This document shows, in pieces, positions 44,580 to 57,652 of a stretch of 64,000 bases of DNA (the stretch's first letter is position 1; every line of letters starts with the position of its first letter). The notes under the pieces are model-generated. The model was given only the letters and a program-made list of their open reading frames with translations, had not been told where the DNA came from and did not search any database. A program made the position numbers and the translations under genes. The DNA is from Oikopleura dioica (taxonomy: Eukaryota; Animalia; Chordata). The stretch covers positions 1,178,001 through 1,242,000 of the forward strand of contig OU015570.1 of the NCBI GenBank assembly GCA_907165135.1. The letters run 5' to 3'.

Positions 44580-47340
44580 TTCAGTCAGAGACGGGGCCTA
44601 GCCGACCGGAAAGGGAGGCCTCTCTAACAGTTCACTTCAACCAATACAGTCATGTACTTGGCCAAGCCGACCCGAAAGGGAGTTGAGCTCATTTCATTCA
44701 ATACGGTCAGGTACGTGGCCAAGCCGACCCGAAGGGGAGGCCAGTTCATTTCATTCAATACAGTCATGTACGTTTCCAAGCCGACCCGAAGGGGAGGTCA
44801 GTTCATTTCAATCAATACGGTCAGGTACGTGGCCAAGCCGACCCGAAGAGGAGGCCAGTTCATTTCAATCAATACAATCAGGTACGTGGCCAAGCCGACC
44901 CGAAGGGGAGGCCAGTTCATTACATTCAATACAGTCATGTACGTGGCCAAGCCGACCGGAAGGGGAGGCTAGTTCGTTTCATTCAATACAGTCAGGTACG
45001 TGGCCAAGCCGACCCGAAGGGGAGGCCAGTTCATTTCATTCAATACAGTCAGGTACGTGGTCAAGCCGAGCCGAAGGGGACGGCAGCTCATCTCAATCAA
45101 TTCAGTCTTATACGTGGCCAAGGCGACCTGAAGAGAAGGCCAATTCATTTCAATCAATTCAGACTTGTACGTGGCCAAGCCGACCCGAAGGGGACGCCAG
45201 TTCGTTTCATTCAATACAGTCAGGTACGTGGCCAAGCCGACCCCAAGGGGAGGCCAGTTCATTACATTCAATACAGTCAGGTACGTTGCCAACCCGACCC
45301 GAAGGGGAGGCCAGCTCATTTCAATCAATACAGTCAGGTACGTGGTGAAGCCGACCCGAAGGGGAGGCCAGTTCATTTCATTCAATACAGTCATGTATGG
45401 GGTTGCGCCAGTGGGAAAATGGACTTTTTTTGCACTTGACCTGGAGGGATGAAATTTTGTGGACATATTTCTGAGGTCCTAATCAAGAAAAAAATCAAAA
45501 AAAATTTTCGAAAAATTAAGGGTATAGGGGTCGAAAATCGATTTTTTCATTTTTGCAAAATTTAGCCTTAGAAAACCTAGACTATCATTTTAAAAACTCA
45601 AAAATAAATTTTTCGAGTCAAAAAAGTCGAAGCGAGATAGAGAATCCGCAAATAAAAAAATTAAAATTTTAAAACATTCAAATAAAAACCATAATAAAAT
45701 GAAAAACTTGAATAATTTGTATTTCCACCTCGAATGGGTGTGGGTGGGGTTGGGGACATAACTGAGATTGATCACCTCAGAGTCCAACGCCGATCTCAAG
45801 CCCCTTAAATTTAAAAATCAAGGAACGGGGCTGAGACGGCCCCTTCTTTACATTTTTGAGCATTATTTAGTATATTTTTCCAAAGAAAGGCGATTTTCGG
45901 CCAAAACGGAAATTTTCAAATCGGCCGCATTTTCGTTGCCGGGCGTTACCGGACGAGATTAGAATGGATCTATAGAGAGCATCGTCTGAGCTTTCTTGTG
46001 GTGGTCTCCGTTTGGTTGTTGGTTGTTGTGGTTTCGAGTTATTCGACGAAATGTCCAAAATTCGTGGTTTTTTTTCGAAAAAATCGCGATTTTACCACCA
46101 AAATTCAAAAATTTCTAATTTTAACTATTTTTTATGAAATCTCCGCCAATTTTTACACATGGTCACGTGGTTTCAGAATTTTTTGAAAACAAACCATTTT
46201 CGGCCAAAATCCCACCAGCGCAACCCCAGTCATGTACGTTGCCAAGCCGACCCGAAGGGGAGGCCAGTTCATTTCAATCAATACAGTCAGGTTCGTGGTC
46301 AAGTCGACCCGAAGCGGAGGCCAGTTCATTTCAATCAATACAGTCAGGTACGTGGCCAAGCCGACCCGAAGGGGAGGCCAGTTCATTTCAATCAATACAG
46401 TCAGGTACGTGGTCAAGCCGAACCGAAGCGGAGGCCAGTTCATTTCATTCAATACGGTCATGTAAGTGACCAAGCCGACCCGAAGAGGAGGCCAGTCCAT
46501 TTCAATCAATTCAATCAGGTACGTGGCCAAGCCGACCCGAAGGGGAGGCCAGTTCATTTCGATCAATACAGTTAGGTACGTGGTCAAGCCGACCCGAAGC
46601 GGAGGCCAGTTCATTTCAATCAATTCAGGCCAGTTCAAGGTGCCCAGCTTCGGCTTCAGTACATTCGATACAGTCAGAGACGGGGCCATGCCGACCCGAA
46701 TGGGGCGCCACCCACTACATTCAATTCGGTCAGAGCCGGGGCCAAGCCGACCCAAATGGGGCGCCACTCAAGCACATTCAATTCGGTCAGAGCCGGAGTC
46801 AAGCGGACTCGAAGGGGGCGCCACTCAAGCACATTCAATTCATTCAGAGACGGGTCAAAGCCGACCCGAAAGGGGCGCCACTCAAGCACATTCAATTCAG
46901 TCAGAGCCGGAGCACAGCCGACGCAAAGGGGAGGCCACTCAAGCACATTCAAATCAGTCAAAGCCGGGAGGATGCTGATCCGAAAGGGGCGCCATTCAAA
47001 CACATTTATTTCAGTCAGAGCCGGGGCCAAGCCGACCCAAAAGGGGCGCCACTCAAGCACATTCAATTCGGTCAGAGCCGGGGCCAAGCCGACCCGAAAG
47101 GGGCGCCACTCAAGCACAATCAATTCGGGCAGAGTCGGGGCCAAGCCGACCCAAAAGGGGCGCCACTCAAGCAAACTCAATTCAGTCAGAGCCGGGGCAA
47201 GCCGACCCGAAAGGGGCGCCACTCAAACACATTCAATTCGGTCAGAGCCGGGGCCAAGCCGACCCGAAAGGGGCGCCACTCAAGCACATTCAATTCGGTC
47301 AGAGCCGGGGCCAAGCCGACCTAAAGAGGAGGCCACTCTA
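44580..47340. repeat. 57-bp tandem satellite with two sub-types, interrupted by a MITE
   Basis: Unit GTACGTGGCCAAGCCGACCCGAAGGGGAGGCCAGTTCATTTCATTCAATACAGTCAG to ~46640, then variant GAGCCGGGGCCAAGCCGACCCGAAAGGGGCGCCACTCAAGCACATTCAATTCGGTCA. Confidence 0.95.
45399..46227. mobile_element. MULE-like MITE inserted in the satellite
   Basis: TIR GGGGTTGCGCCAGTGGGA / TCCCACCAGCGCAACCCC; 10-bp TSD AGTCATGTAT / AGTCATGTAC. Confidence 0.8.
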
Positions 47341-47438
47341 TCACATTCAGCTCGTATGATTTTTCTTATAAAATGTTTCTGCTTAACTCTATATTATTAT
47401 TGTGGTTGTCAATGAATCATTCACTGAAATAAAATTCA

Positions 47439-50400
47439 TTGGAGCTCACTATCGATTCGAAGAATATCATGCAAAATTTGAAGGTTGTCATGAAAAAAGG
47501 CAAATCTGAATTCGCCAAAAAATCGATGCTTGAAAGCTCGTCACCTTCTCTAAACCTGGATTCAACAATAGAATCTATTGATGAGGGGGACACTCAAAAT
47601 AATCAATCCTTCCGCCCTGATGAAGATGAAGCTCAATCTTCAATGGCTCAATCTGCTTCTCAGAATGACGACGATTGCTCGCCACCTCTACTTGATCATG
47701 ATAAAACAATGGAATCTATTGATGGAAGTGACAGTGAAAGTCCGATTTCGGTTTCGAATGGCTCTGAATCTCAAGGCTTTGATGAAGAGTTAAGTCAATC
47801 ACTGAACATGTCTGTTGAGATCGCTTCTTCATATGTAAACAATGAAAGTATTCATCCGATGCACTCATCCGATGATGAAGAGATCGAATGCCGGGATATA
47901 ACTGATGAGTCCGATCCCGACTTCGATATTACACTTCAAGAAGGAGAGATTTGGTTTAATCTGCCAAGGGGGGAGCCAAACTATCTCCAAATTCTAGATC
48001 AGCCAGTCATTCCCCGTACAATCGTCACTCGTTCAAGTCAAGCAGAAACTCGCTATGCGCCTCCTTGTACACAAGCCGCTGTCAATGAGGCCGGTTCTCA
48101 TATTTGCGAGACGCTCCTTAACTCTGAAGCTCATCCCAATGAGTCTATTCAAGATAACACCGATGTAATGGATCAGTTCGATTATACAGAAGACGATTTC
48201 TTCTCATTCTCTGAAGATATACCAATAATACAAGTCCAGAAACCAGCTGAGCATGATGAGAATTGTATTGAGCCGAATGAGGAAAACACCCCTGAAGTCG
48301 ATGAAACTCCGAATGGAGAAAATGACATTCAAGATGATGAGGAAATCGTCACAGTTAGGATGAAAAGAGGAGACTACAAAAAAGTCAAAAGCCTCCTCAA
48401 TTTTTTTGTTCTCGAGCAGACCAGAACGTCAACATCGACGGGGCGGGGCAGTGGTTCGAAGAAGACTTTTAATGATAAACTAACGATCTTCTTAATTCGT
48501 TGCTTGAGTCGAGGTGTTCTTGCATCTTCAGTTAAAGTCGTACTTGATGAGGTTGCAAAGATGAACCCAATCCTAACAAGAGATGGAGGACTCGCTGTTA
48601 ATATTGAGGGCGATTCTGAATCTAACGAACTTCATGAACGACAAGTTCCATCGGAGAGATACATTCAATTGTCAAGAGACTACCTTCCAAGTAAAAAGAC
48701 TCCAAATTTCATCATTTTATTTTTATAGCGTTCAATGAACATCATCTTGAGAATTTCGTCAGCAGATCATCGCAAATAATTGTTGCATCGGATGCGACTT
48801 GTTTAGCGAACAAACGCAAAGGCATGATTTCATATTTAACTAGACACGCGGCGTTATGGAGCGGTTCGCTGTTAAATGCGATTCACACATATTTTGTTGA
48901 AGTCTTTCTTGAGCGTTCGGTATTGGCTTGCTCAACGAAGAGCAAGATTTTGTCTGCCTTAGTTTGAAGGATACAAATGTCTCAGATGCAAGTGAGATCG
49001 CGAAACACATCGATGATCAAATCGACTCCTTCGTTTTCGCCGATGTTCTAAGAACGAAGACAAAAGCATTTTTGAGTGACATGGGAGGTTTGGCTCATGA
49101 ATTACTTCTCAGTCCGTATATGGTCATATTATTAGGTGGACAGGTCCAAGTAAATGAAGAACTCAAGTGCTTGTGGAAGACTTCGAGCAATGACATTATC
49201 TCCATTATATATTGCTCGATGCATACAGTGCATGGGTGGATAATTTTTAATCAAATCATTTTTCAATTTTTCAATAACAGGCGGAATTACAAGCGGATTC
49301 ATTAAGCCAGATTTGCTCTACAATAAAATGGAATAATGGTATATTTCAAAATATCCATCCCTGATACAGTGATGAATTCGCTGAACGCGCGATACTGCCA
49401 AGACAGGGAGTGCATGCTGCATTAATATTTCTATTTAACTCATAAATATAATAAAACCTTGTTGGTCACCCCAAGCAAAGATTTCTTATCCGAGAATACG
49501 AAACTGGTTCTTGAAATAGTTGCCCAGTGCCTAGGACATCGTCGAGGAGCACCAAATTATCATCAAGATGATGTGCAGGACAGGATCTGAAATCTCACGA
49601 GCTTTTTTGCTCACGTTTGCTCATGCTCACTGAAATTTGAGCACCCATGTTGAGCACCAGAGCAGAATTTTTAAGATTTCAGACCCTGGTGTAGGATGAG
49701 CTTGAAGTTCTTTTGAGAAGAAATCAAGTAAGACCTCGAAAATACTTCGCTCATTCACTTGGAAATCGTTACGAGGCTCCATTCATTAATGCTACATCTA
49801 TATTAGAAAGGGATCTTAAAATATGTCTCATGAGTGATGTCTTCTTTTGTTCATGTTTTCAGCGATTCAGAATAATTGCGATCATTTAAATCCCTACGCA
49901 GCATTAAATAAGCATGTGGCAGAGTTGTTTAAAAAACTCAGTTACAGCAAATCAGACGGTCGTTTTCGAGAATTATCGGACAAGCTCAACGGTCATGGGA
50001 ATCGGCAATTGTACTTAGAGTTGTCTGTAATGCTTTTGGTCTTTCATGGAATCGTTGGGCCATTTTGGAACGTGGCCCGTAAGAAAACTATCACCTTTCT
50101 ACAAGGAAAGGTGAGCTGCGAAAATGATGCCTTATTACTCTTAATGATATATAAAGGAAGCTTTTGCGCTTGTTCTGCAAAAAATAGACGCTGCCTTGGG
50201 CGGTCGTAAATTGCGTCTCGAAAACTGCTACAATAGACTTTGGAATGAAGTCGAAGGCAGGCATATAAATTCGCTAGTAAAGAAATGCTTTTTCTTCGCT
50301 TTTTTGCTGATAAAATTTTCGCTTTCACTTCGCGTTTAGTTGAGGGTTTTTCGAGAGAGAGATTTATATGCCTTGTCTAAGGCGTAATCACTGGAGACCA

Positions 50401-50950
50401 TGAAAAACAAGCGCTCGAATTCATGGAGAGATTCCGAGAGGATATTATGGTCGCGAATACATCATTTAAGCAAATCAGACATCAAGTGAACAAAACAACC
50501 TTCGACATACTGAGTAACGTCAGGATAAAATTCGCCAAAGACGATCAACTCTTCAGACAAAATAATTTGAAGGACAATTTTTGTCTAACAATGTCAAATC
50601 AAAAATGCGAAAGCATATTTGGAGAGGATCAAAAAAAAAATCAATTACTAAAAAGCATAATTGAAAAACTATTTTTTTTTTCATCCTACTACAGGAAGAT
50701 TGAAATATATGCACAGTGTTTGTCAATCCCTTGACGGGGAACGCGCGAACGCTGTGACAATTTCGAAAGCTAATTCTCTTCACGATTACATTGACGATTT
50801 AACACCCGCTGATGGAGCAGAATTATTATTGAAAGCTCGATCTTCACGAAAAAGGCACACTGAAAATGTTCGAGCTTCGAAAATTTCTGCTAAATTGAAA
50901 AAATTGTCCGATATTGAATCAAAACTGCCACGAAATTTTTCCTCATAAAT
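47439..50950 (+). pseudogene. Multi-exon DDE transposase of a hAT-related type, partly decayed
   Basis: Long acidic N-terminus, then VPSERY, IVASDAT, FLSD, YCSMH (CxxH), DGRF, GIVGPFW, SNQKCESIFG. Short introns such as GTAAAA...TTTATAG at ~48690-48728. The superfamily call is inference. Confidence 0.6.
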
Positions 50951-51372
50951 AGAATCTGTCAAAAATATCAATCTAATCTTATTCTCCCTTCAGAGTAACT
51001 CATATTTTCTACTTATGCTATGAGTTTGTCGGTTGCGCATCCATTCGGTTATCTCACTCATATCTTTTTTTTTTTACAGAATGAACTCGGTAGCTTTTTC
51101 CGCTAACAACAAATCGAAGTGGCAACGTCCTTGTTTTCGAAATTGTGATGTTGTTGTTATCACCGACAGTTGGGTTTGTGAATATTAAAAAGAAATTTTT
51201 TTCATCATTTACTAGGGAAAATATATTGCAACGAATCCAGCCCTTGTTACTGGCAATACACGCATCAAGATTGTTGCATATTCTGGAGCCGGCTTTTTCG
51301 AAATCGCCTCGCTACTTCGATCTGGAGCGGTCGATCCTCATAATCTTACTCTCGAGAGTCATTACAAAGAGC

Positions 51373-51895
51373 CGGGTACCCTCCGAATCCCTGGGAAAAA
51401 TCTGATATCCAGGGATTCGGAGGGTCAAATTCGAAATGTTCTAGAAATGTGTTGAAGCTGTTAAACATCAGTTTCATAAATAAGTTTTTCTAATAATTTG
51501 TTAGGGTAAAAAGCAAAACGACTTTAGCCACGTTATATAATTTTCCCATTGTACCAAATATTTATAAGATAACACTATTGGTTCTATTGAAATGATTTTC
51601 AAGCCTTAAATTCCTCAGTTATATCGTCTGAAGGTTATTGGAGCTTATGTCGGTAGGAAAAATATATTTTTGCTTTCATTCAATTTTTTCCCTCTAAAGG
51701 TTAGTGTTAAGTTCAATCTGCTACATAAATAATCTCATAAAATGCAACTGTCATTTAAATATTTGGAATTATGACAGATAAAAGATGCTTTTTTATCGGT
51801 TGAAGGGGGTTTCTAGAACATCACCCTCCGAATCCCTGGACTTCAGGCTAAAATCCAGGGATTCGGAGGGTGTCCAGGGATTTGGAGGGTCACCC
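51373..51895. mobile_element. MITE with GGGT(G)ACC TIR and 8-bp TSD (Merlin-like)
   Basis: TSD CAAAGAGC at 51365-51372 and 51896-51903; CCCTCCGAATCCCTGG subterminal palindromes. Confidence 0.75.
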
Positions 51896-54282
51896 CAAAG
51901 AGCGACAGCGCATGAAGGAAGATCTATGCAGAAAAAAAACTCTTCTTGCCCATAAGGGTTTATGGGTCTGGTTCTTTTATAAGTTAAAGAATTGAACTTT
52001 ATATTAAGACAAACGAAAATAAAAAAATGAGGAGCGTGGATTCGAGCCGCCAAAATAAAATCAAACAAAATCAATGGCGTGAACTCAGTGGTGGAAGAAT
52101 GAGTCGTCACGAGTGCACAATGAATTGGCATTTCTGTGGCCAGGCAAGAAAGCAATGGCAGAAATTTGCCAAGATGACTGTAGAAGATAAAGCAGCCGAA
52201 TCTCGCGTCAAACACTGGCGTGAAAATATAAAAAAACGCGATGAGGTCAAAATCTTCCGGAAAAAAATGTCTGAAAATGGATGCAGGAACCGGATCTTCT
52301 GATCTATTTAAAAAGTTACCTTTAAGTACAGAAAATTTTAAATGCAAAAATTGATGATCTTTGAACAGGATGCACAAATATCGACGGGCGCGAGCGTCTT
52401 ATCCCATCACTGAGATCGATAATCAGCGAAGACTTCTCAACAATAATCAATGCTGCATTGACAATGCATGACATGCAGCTACAATTGCTTCCGTTCCTTC
52501 AAGGGAAGACTTGTGTTCTTTTTGGGCCTCAATAACATTTCTGATCACGTAAATCCTCATTTTTCTTTCTCTTTCTATTATATTCTTAGAAACCAATTGA
52601 ACAGGGGTTTCAGACTCTCATGAAGTCAGTAAACGCTATGTTCCCTTCAACAACCGTCACTTTCATCCCCCCTCCACTACCTCCTATTTGTTTTTCAAGA
52701 AGATATTTGACATCTCGATATTTCCAACTAGTCGAAACGGTAACAATTTTCTTTCATATTGATGACATATTTTGTTCAATAGCTCCTCAATTCGAAAAAA
52801 TGTGGTCCAGCAGTGACTTTGAAGAATTATCAATGGAACGATTCAATTCATCTACAATCATCTTGCTGTACACTTTTTTGGCGAGAAGCGTTCAGACATT
52901 TGCACCTGTAATTCCATCATATATTTTTTCTGTAAATAGAATGAAAATGTTTTTGGATATTTTATCAAGCTAACGCCCTTATTTCAGACTGGTCCGTCCT
53001 ATCAAGATACATAAGGCAGTGGAAAAAGAAAAAAAATAATGTCGGCAGTGGTGAAGTGACAGCGCCACTGCCCTTCGAATCTACCTTGTAAGTAAGTTTC
53101 CTATTAACTCAAAGTAGATTCGATGAAAGACTATAGTCAATTGACTTGGCCTCCTCAGATACTGTTTTCTGTATGAGTCACCGAAAAAATACTCATACAG
53201 TAGGCTGTCTATATACATTCCAATATATTCCAATTAAAGAGCAAGATTTTCGGCTACCGGCAGGTCAGCAGCCAATCAGCGATCATTCTTGGTTTTCTGG
53301 CTATATTGGGTACATGTAAAAACTCTTAAACTCGTTAAGTCTTAAACATAAGCAGGATATCAGATTAACGGGTTTAAGAGAGATTAGACAGGGGTATATG
53401 AGGTTGGTCAAGTCAGGTTTAGCGGCGGGCGTCAGCCTACGCATGTTGGCCTCATTTTCAAGTGTAGGATGTCTAGTCAAATTGTAGGACTAGGCGTATA
53501 TCAATAAGACGGTACGTGGGGGCCGGCTTGAAACCGAGGCCATCGGAACTGCAATGGTGTAATTTACTGTCGAGTGGCAATGATTTTTTTAGGATCTTGA
53601 AGTCATTTTTTTTTAAATCAATTTTCGGAACTTCAAAATTTTCTCACAATCTGACAAAAGGGTCCTTAAGGACACCCCCTGTCAACAGTTTTCGAAAATC
53701 TATTTCCGGAATTTTGATATTTTGACCCCGGAATTGAATACTACCGGTCAAAAACGATTTTGAGGCTTCATTTTTTGGGGGTCGATCTCGACTCTAACAC
53801 CCTCGAAATGCCTTTTGAAAAAGGGACAAAAATGACGAAAAAGTCCAAATTTTGCTAAAATTTTAGATTCATAGTCGTAAAAAATTGCTCCGGACAAGTT
53901 TTTATGATGATTGAACTTCCAGGCACATTAAGAAGCGAAAACATGGCTGTTTTGAAATTTTCAATTTTTTGAGGAAAATTGTTGACAGATGGATCCTTAA
54001 AACGGGGGTGGTGGTCACTCGGCAGGTATCGTATCTTGATAGGATGAAACCCTGCGGCATTCTCCTGACTTGATAATGAAAATAAAAATGAGTCAGGAGA
54101 TAGCCGTAAGGGTACAGCCCGATGTGGAATCCCACCGTTCGTCCATTTTTGGTCTTTCTAAAGCAGAGCTAAGGATCAACCTAGAACGCTCTGCTTCAGA
54201 TTTTACGATCTTCCACCGGAGTTAGCTTAGGGGGGGGCTGCTTTTTTGGCTTTTCAAATGGGAGTTTTCAGAGTCTCATTCG

Positions 54283-54884
54283 ACCTTAAAATGCACGTAG
54301 AACTCAAATCTGGTACTTCTTTATATTTTATCATTTGAATTTTTCTCTTTAGAGCGATTTTAAATCTTACTCTCTCGATTACTCGAAATTTTTTGTATAA
54401 ATCGGTCGAGATTTTTCGATAGATAAGTTTTTTAGACCGTTATCTACAATTTTGATGGTTTACTTTTCGTTGAAACCGAAGGAAACCGATTCTAGAGCCA
54501 TTTCATTCAGGGCTACTCAGCGCGTAAAAGCTCTACAAAGCGGCGCGCTGGGTGCTCCCTCACTCGACTCCTCTTTTCCGAAAGAATTTTCGTAGTTGAG
54601 CGCACCGCTTTGATTAGTAGCACGCAAAAAACGCGCAGAGAAGAAAAACAGGGGTCTGAAAGAGGAGAACACTAAAATGAAAATTCGGGCGAGTTTTAGA
54701 ATGTCATCCCATCAATTTTTGTAGCTTAGCGTCATAACAATACAGTTCACGGTTCAATTTTAGCGATTTATGGTAAAAATGTCGAGAAATCGAGAGAGTT
54801 CGTTTTCAAATCGCTCTAGAGGAAAAATTCAAATGAAAACTTTTAAAAGAGTACCAGAATTGAATTCTACGCACAATTTTAGGT
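54283..54884. mobile_element. Long-TIR fold-back MITE
   Basis: About 100-150 bp imperfect inverted arms (GTAGAACTCAAATCTGGTACT...AGAGCGATTT / AAATCGCTCT...AGTACCAGAATTGAATTCTAC); no TSD identified. Confidence 0.6.
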
Positions 54885-57489
54885 AGGATTGCTATTGAGA
54901 TAAATTTGATCCAACTTCGTATTTAGGCACTATGAAAGTTCATTTTATCGGGTGTATCCTTAATTTTATAGGCTAAACTACTATGCGCCATAAGTAAGCC
55001 CCCGTACTATGCTAACTGGGCGTTAGCTTGTTTTCAAATCAATCGAATTTTAAATAAATTAATATAAATTTCAATTTCAATTTAATAATATATGCTAATC
55101 TTTATTAGGCAATGATATTTAAAAAGACACATCCGACGAATCCAAGTTGCGAGGGTCTTTTCTCCTTCACCGGTAAGCGATAGACGCACAACCCATATTC
55201 ACTGAATCAATTAACTCAAGCTGAAACGAATCTTCATTTAGGCTCCTTCCACCAACTGGAGAACTTCCTGCTCCAGAACACCAAGACGCGCCAGTTCATC
55301 GAAAATCTCAACCAGACCAACAGCAAAGTAACCTCCAGCAACTGAGCTCCAAGATGAAGTTCTTGTCCTTTTTTTGAATCTGCAAAAGTTCCATTCTCCA
55401 ATTTGTCCAAATTCCCAAAATGTTTCAATCACTTTTCAAACTCGAAAAATAAAAAAATTGAATTAAAAAAAGGAAGACAAATATTGAAAATTTACTGGAA
55501 GGCAGGATATAAAAAGCAAGAATCTTAAATTTAGCAAAAAAAAGCAAGATTTAATGATTATTTTTAATGAAAATTCAAAATAGAATTAATCTTTTTATTG
55601 AATTCGAGAAGGTTCCAGAAGGTTCCAGAAGAATAAGCGCAATAAAAGCCGGCCGCGCAAAACTTAGAACAAAGGCCTTCAAAGCTTGGCGGCGCAACAG
55701 CGCCCCCATCGATTAAAAAAAAAATCGTCGTTTATCAGTAATTGAGCCATTTTCAGCCTTTACTGTAATTGAAGAAAATGATCAGAAGGATCGATTTTAT
55801 ATACTAAATTTTTTTTTCGAGGAATTTTAAAAATGGTCGGATTTGCGTTCGGTCCCTAATTTCGATAAAACTCTCAGAATTGACACCACTAGGTCATGGT
55901 TTATCTCCTGTATAACATTTTTCATCGTCGACCAATTAAATCAAACGCTCATTCGCTTGGACACTCTTTCGCTTGTGTCCGTGAAAAAGAACGTCCCGAG
56001 CATTTGAGCGCCCGAGCAAATGAGCGCGCCGAGCATTTGAGTGTGCTCCTATTTTTTAACATCTTTTTTCTTCATTCGAAGTCGAAATTATTCGGCTCCT
56101 TTCTAGGCAGGAGTCACGTGTTAAAGCAAATGCCTTTCTTGATCTCTCGTCCAACCTAAAGTTTCGCCACTTAGATTTATTCTTATTGATTCAACACAGC
56201 AGAGTGTTCCGCTTCTTATCAAACAATTATTTATAATCGAAAAAAGTAAAAAGATCTTCGGAAAATGTTTTTCTGCCCTTGGCGCTACTGTCCAAGCTCG
56301 GTCAGGGGTGGTTCCTGGTTTGGTAAAATTCCTGGTTTGTTAAGAATCATGGTTTGGTAAGAATCCTGGTTTGGTAAAGTTTCTGAAGTCTTACCAAATC
56401 AGGAATTTTACCAAACCATGATTTTAAAAAACCAGGAATTTTACCAATCAGGAAAAGGACCTTTTTCTTTCTGTCTCGGCCCCAGAAATTTTTCGACATA
56501 ATAAGGGGTCCACGCTCAAAAAATAGCTACCCGAAATAATGCTCGTATGATTCTCAAAATTTGATATCTGAAACAACTGTAATAAACAAGGGTTTTGACC
56601 CTTTTTGCAAAACAATCCATAAAGGGGTTGAGAAAAATGAGGCCGCAAAGTGGGCAAAAATGCAAAATCACCCAAGATCAAGCGTTTTTTTAAATTTGAA
56701 ATGATAAAAATATGTTTTTTTGTATTCTTCATTCGAATCTAAAATCAGTTTTTGGAGGATGGCCTAAATTTTATGAAATCTACAATTTTTCGTAAATTCT
56801 GAGCCATTTTCAAAGAGCGCGCGGCGTGATGCCTTAGGCGCTCGAAGGGTGTCCACAAAGAAAACAAACCGGGCGCTTCAACTGTCTGAAAGCATAAAAT
56901 TTAGATTTTGAGGTGCACATCTGGCCCTCCAATTGTTAGCAAAATGACAATTTTAGGAAAGTAAGCGATCCCTGGCTTTTAAATTTTAATGGGCTTGACA
57001 TAGCCCATTTTATTAGCCCAGTTTAGCTCAGCCATGTCCCCAACCCCACCCTCACCCGTTTTCTTAGTTTGAGTGATTATTCATATATTTTTTTACATTA
57101 TGGTCTTCACAGAAAAGAAAAAATTTCCAAATTATCTTAAAATTTATGATTTTGTTAAAAATCTGGGTAAGCCTCATCTGCCCAGAAGCCTCACTTGCCC
57201 AGAGCCTCATTCTCCCAGAAGCCTCACTCTCCCAGGCTGGGCAGATGAAGCTCCTGGGAGAATGAGGCTCTGGGCAGATGAGGCTTTCAATTGCGTGGTC
57301 AAGTTGCGCTGAGCGTTGAGTGGCTGAGGCGGGCGCGCGCGATTTCCGCTCAGAATTATTTTTTTTCCAAGAGAAATATTCAAGAGAATTCTTCTTTGTA
57401 AATAACATTTAAACTGATTTTTCTTTATAATTATCCATAAAATCAGAATATTTACCACACAACTATTTCAGAAATCGGACCAAAACGTT

Positions 57490-57652
57490 AGAAAATCTTA
57501 GAGAAAGAGAATCAACGAATGCTCGATGAGAATATGCGTCATCATAAAAGCTGGAGAGTACTGTACAAATGCAAGTCATGCAATCTCGTCTGCTACAAGC
57601 ACTGCAAAGACCTGATAAAGTTCAGCTGCCAGAATTTCCCTAAAAGTGTCAA
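57490..57652 (+). pseudogene. Isolated exon-like fragment with a partial C1-like Cys motif
   Basis: YKCKSCNLVCYKHCKDLIKFSC followed by the donor AAG|GTCAGT; only half of the domain is present. Confidence 0.35.

Noticed and set aside
44652-47415. Many long repetitive ORFs on both strands
   Set aside because: By-product of a 57-bp (19-codon) tandem unit lacking stops; no start context or domain.
52027-52973. Short ORFs on both strands suggesting a decayed gene
   Set aside because: Fragmented, with no recognisable motif; cannot be assigned without a search.
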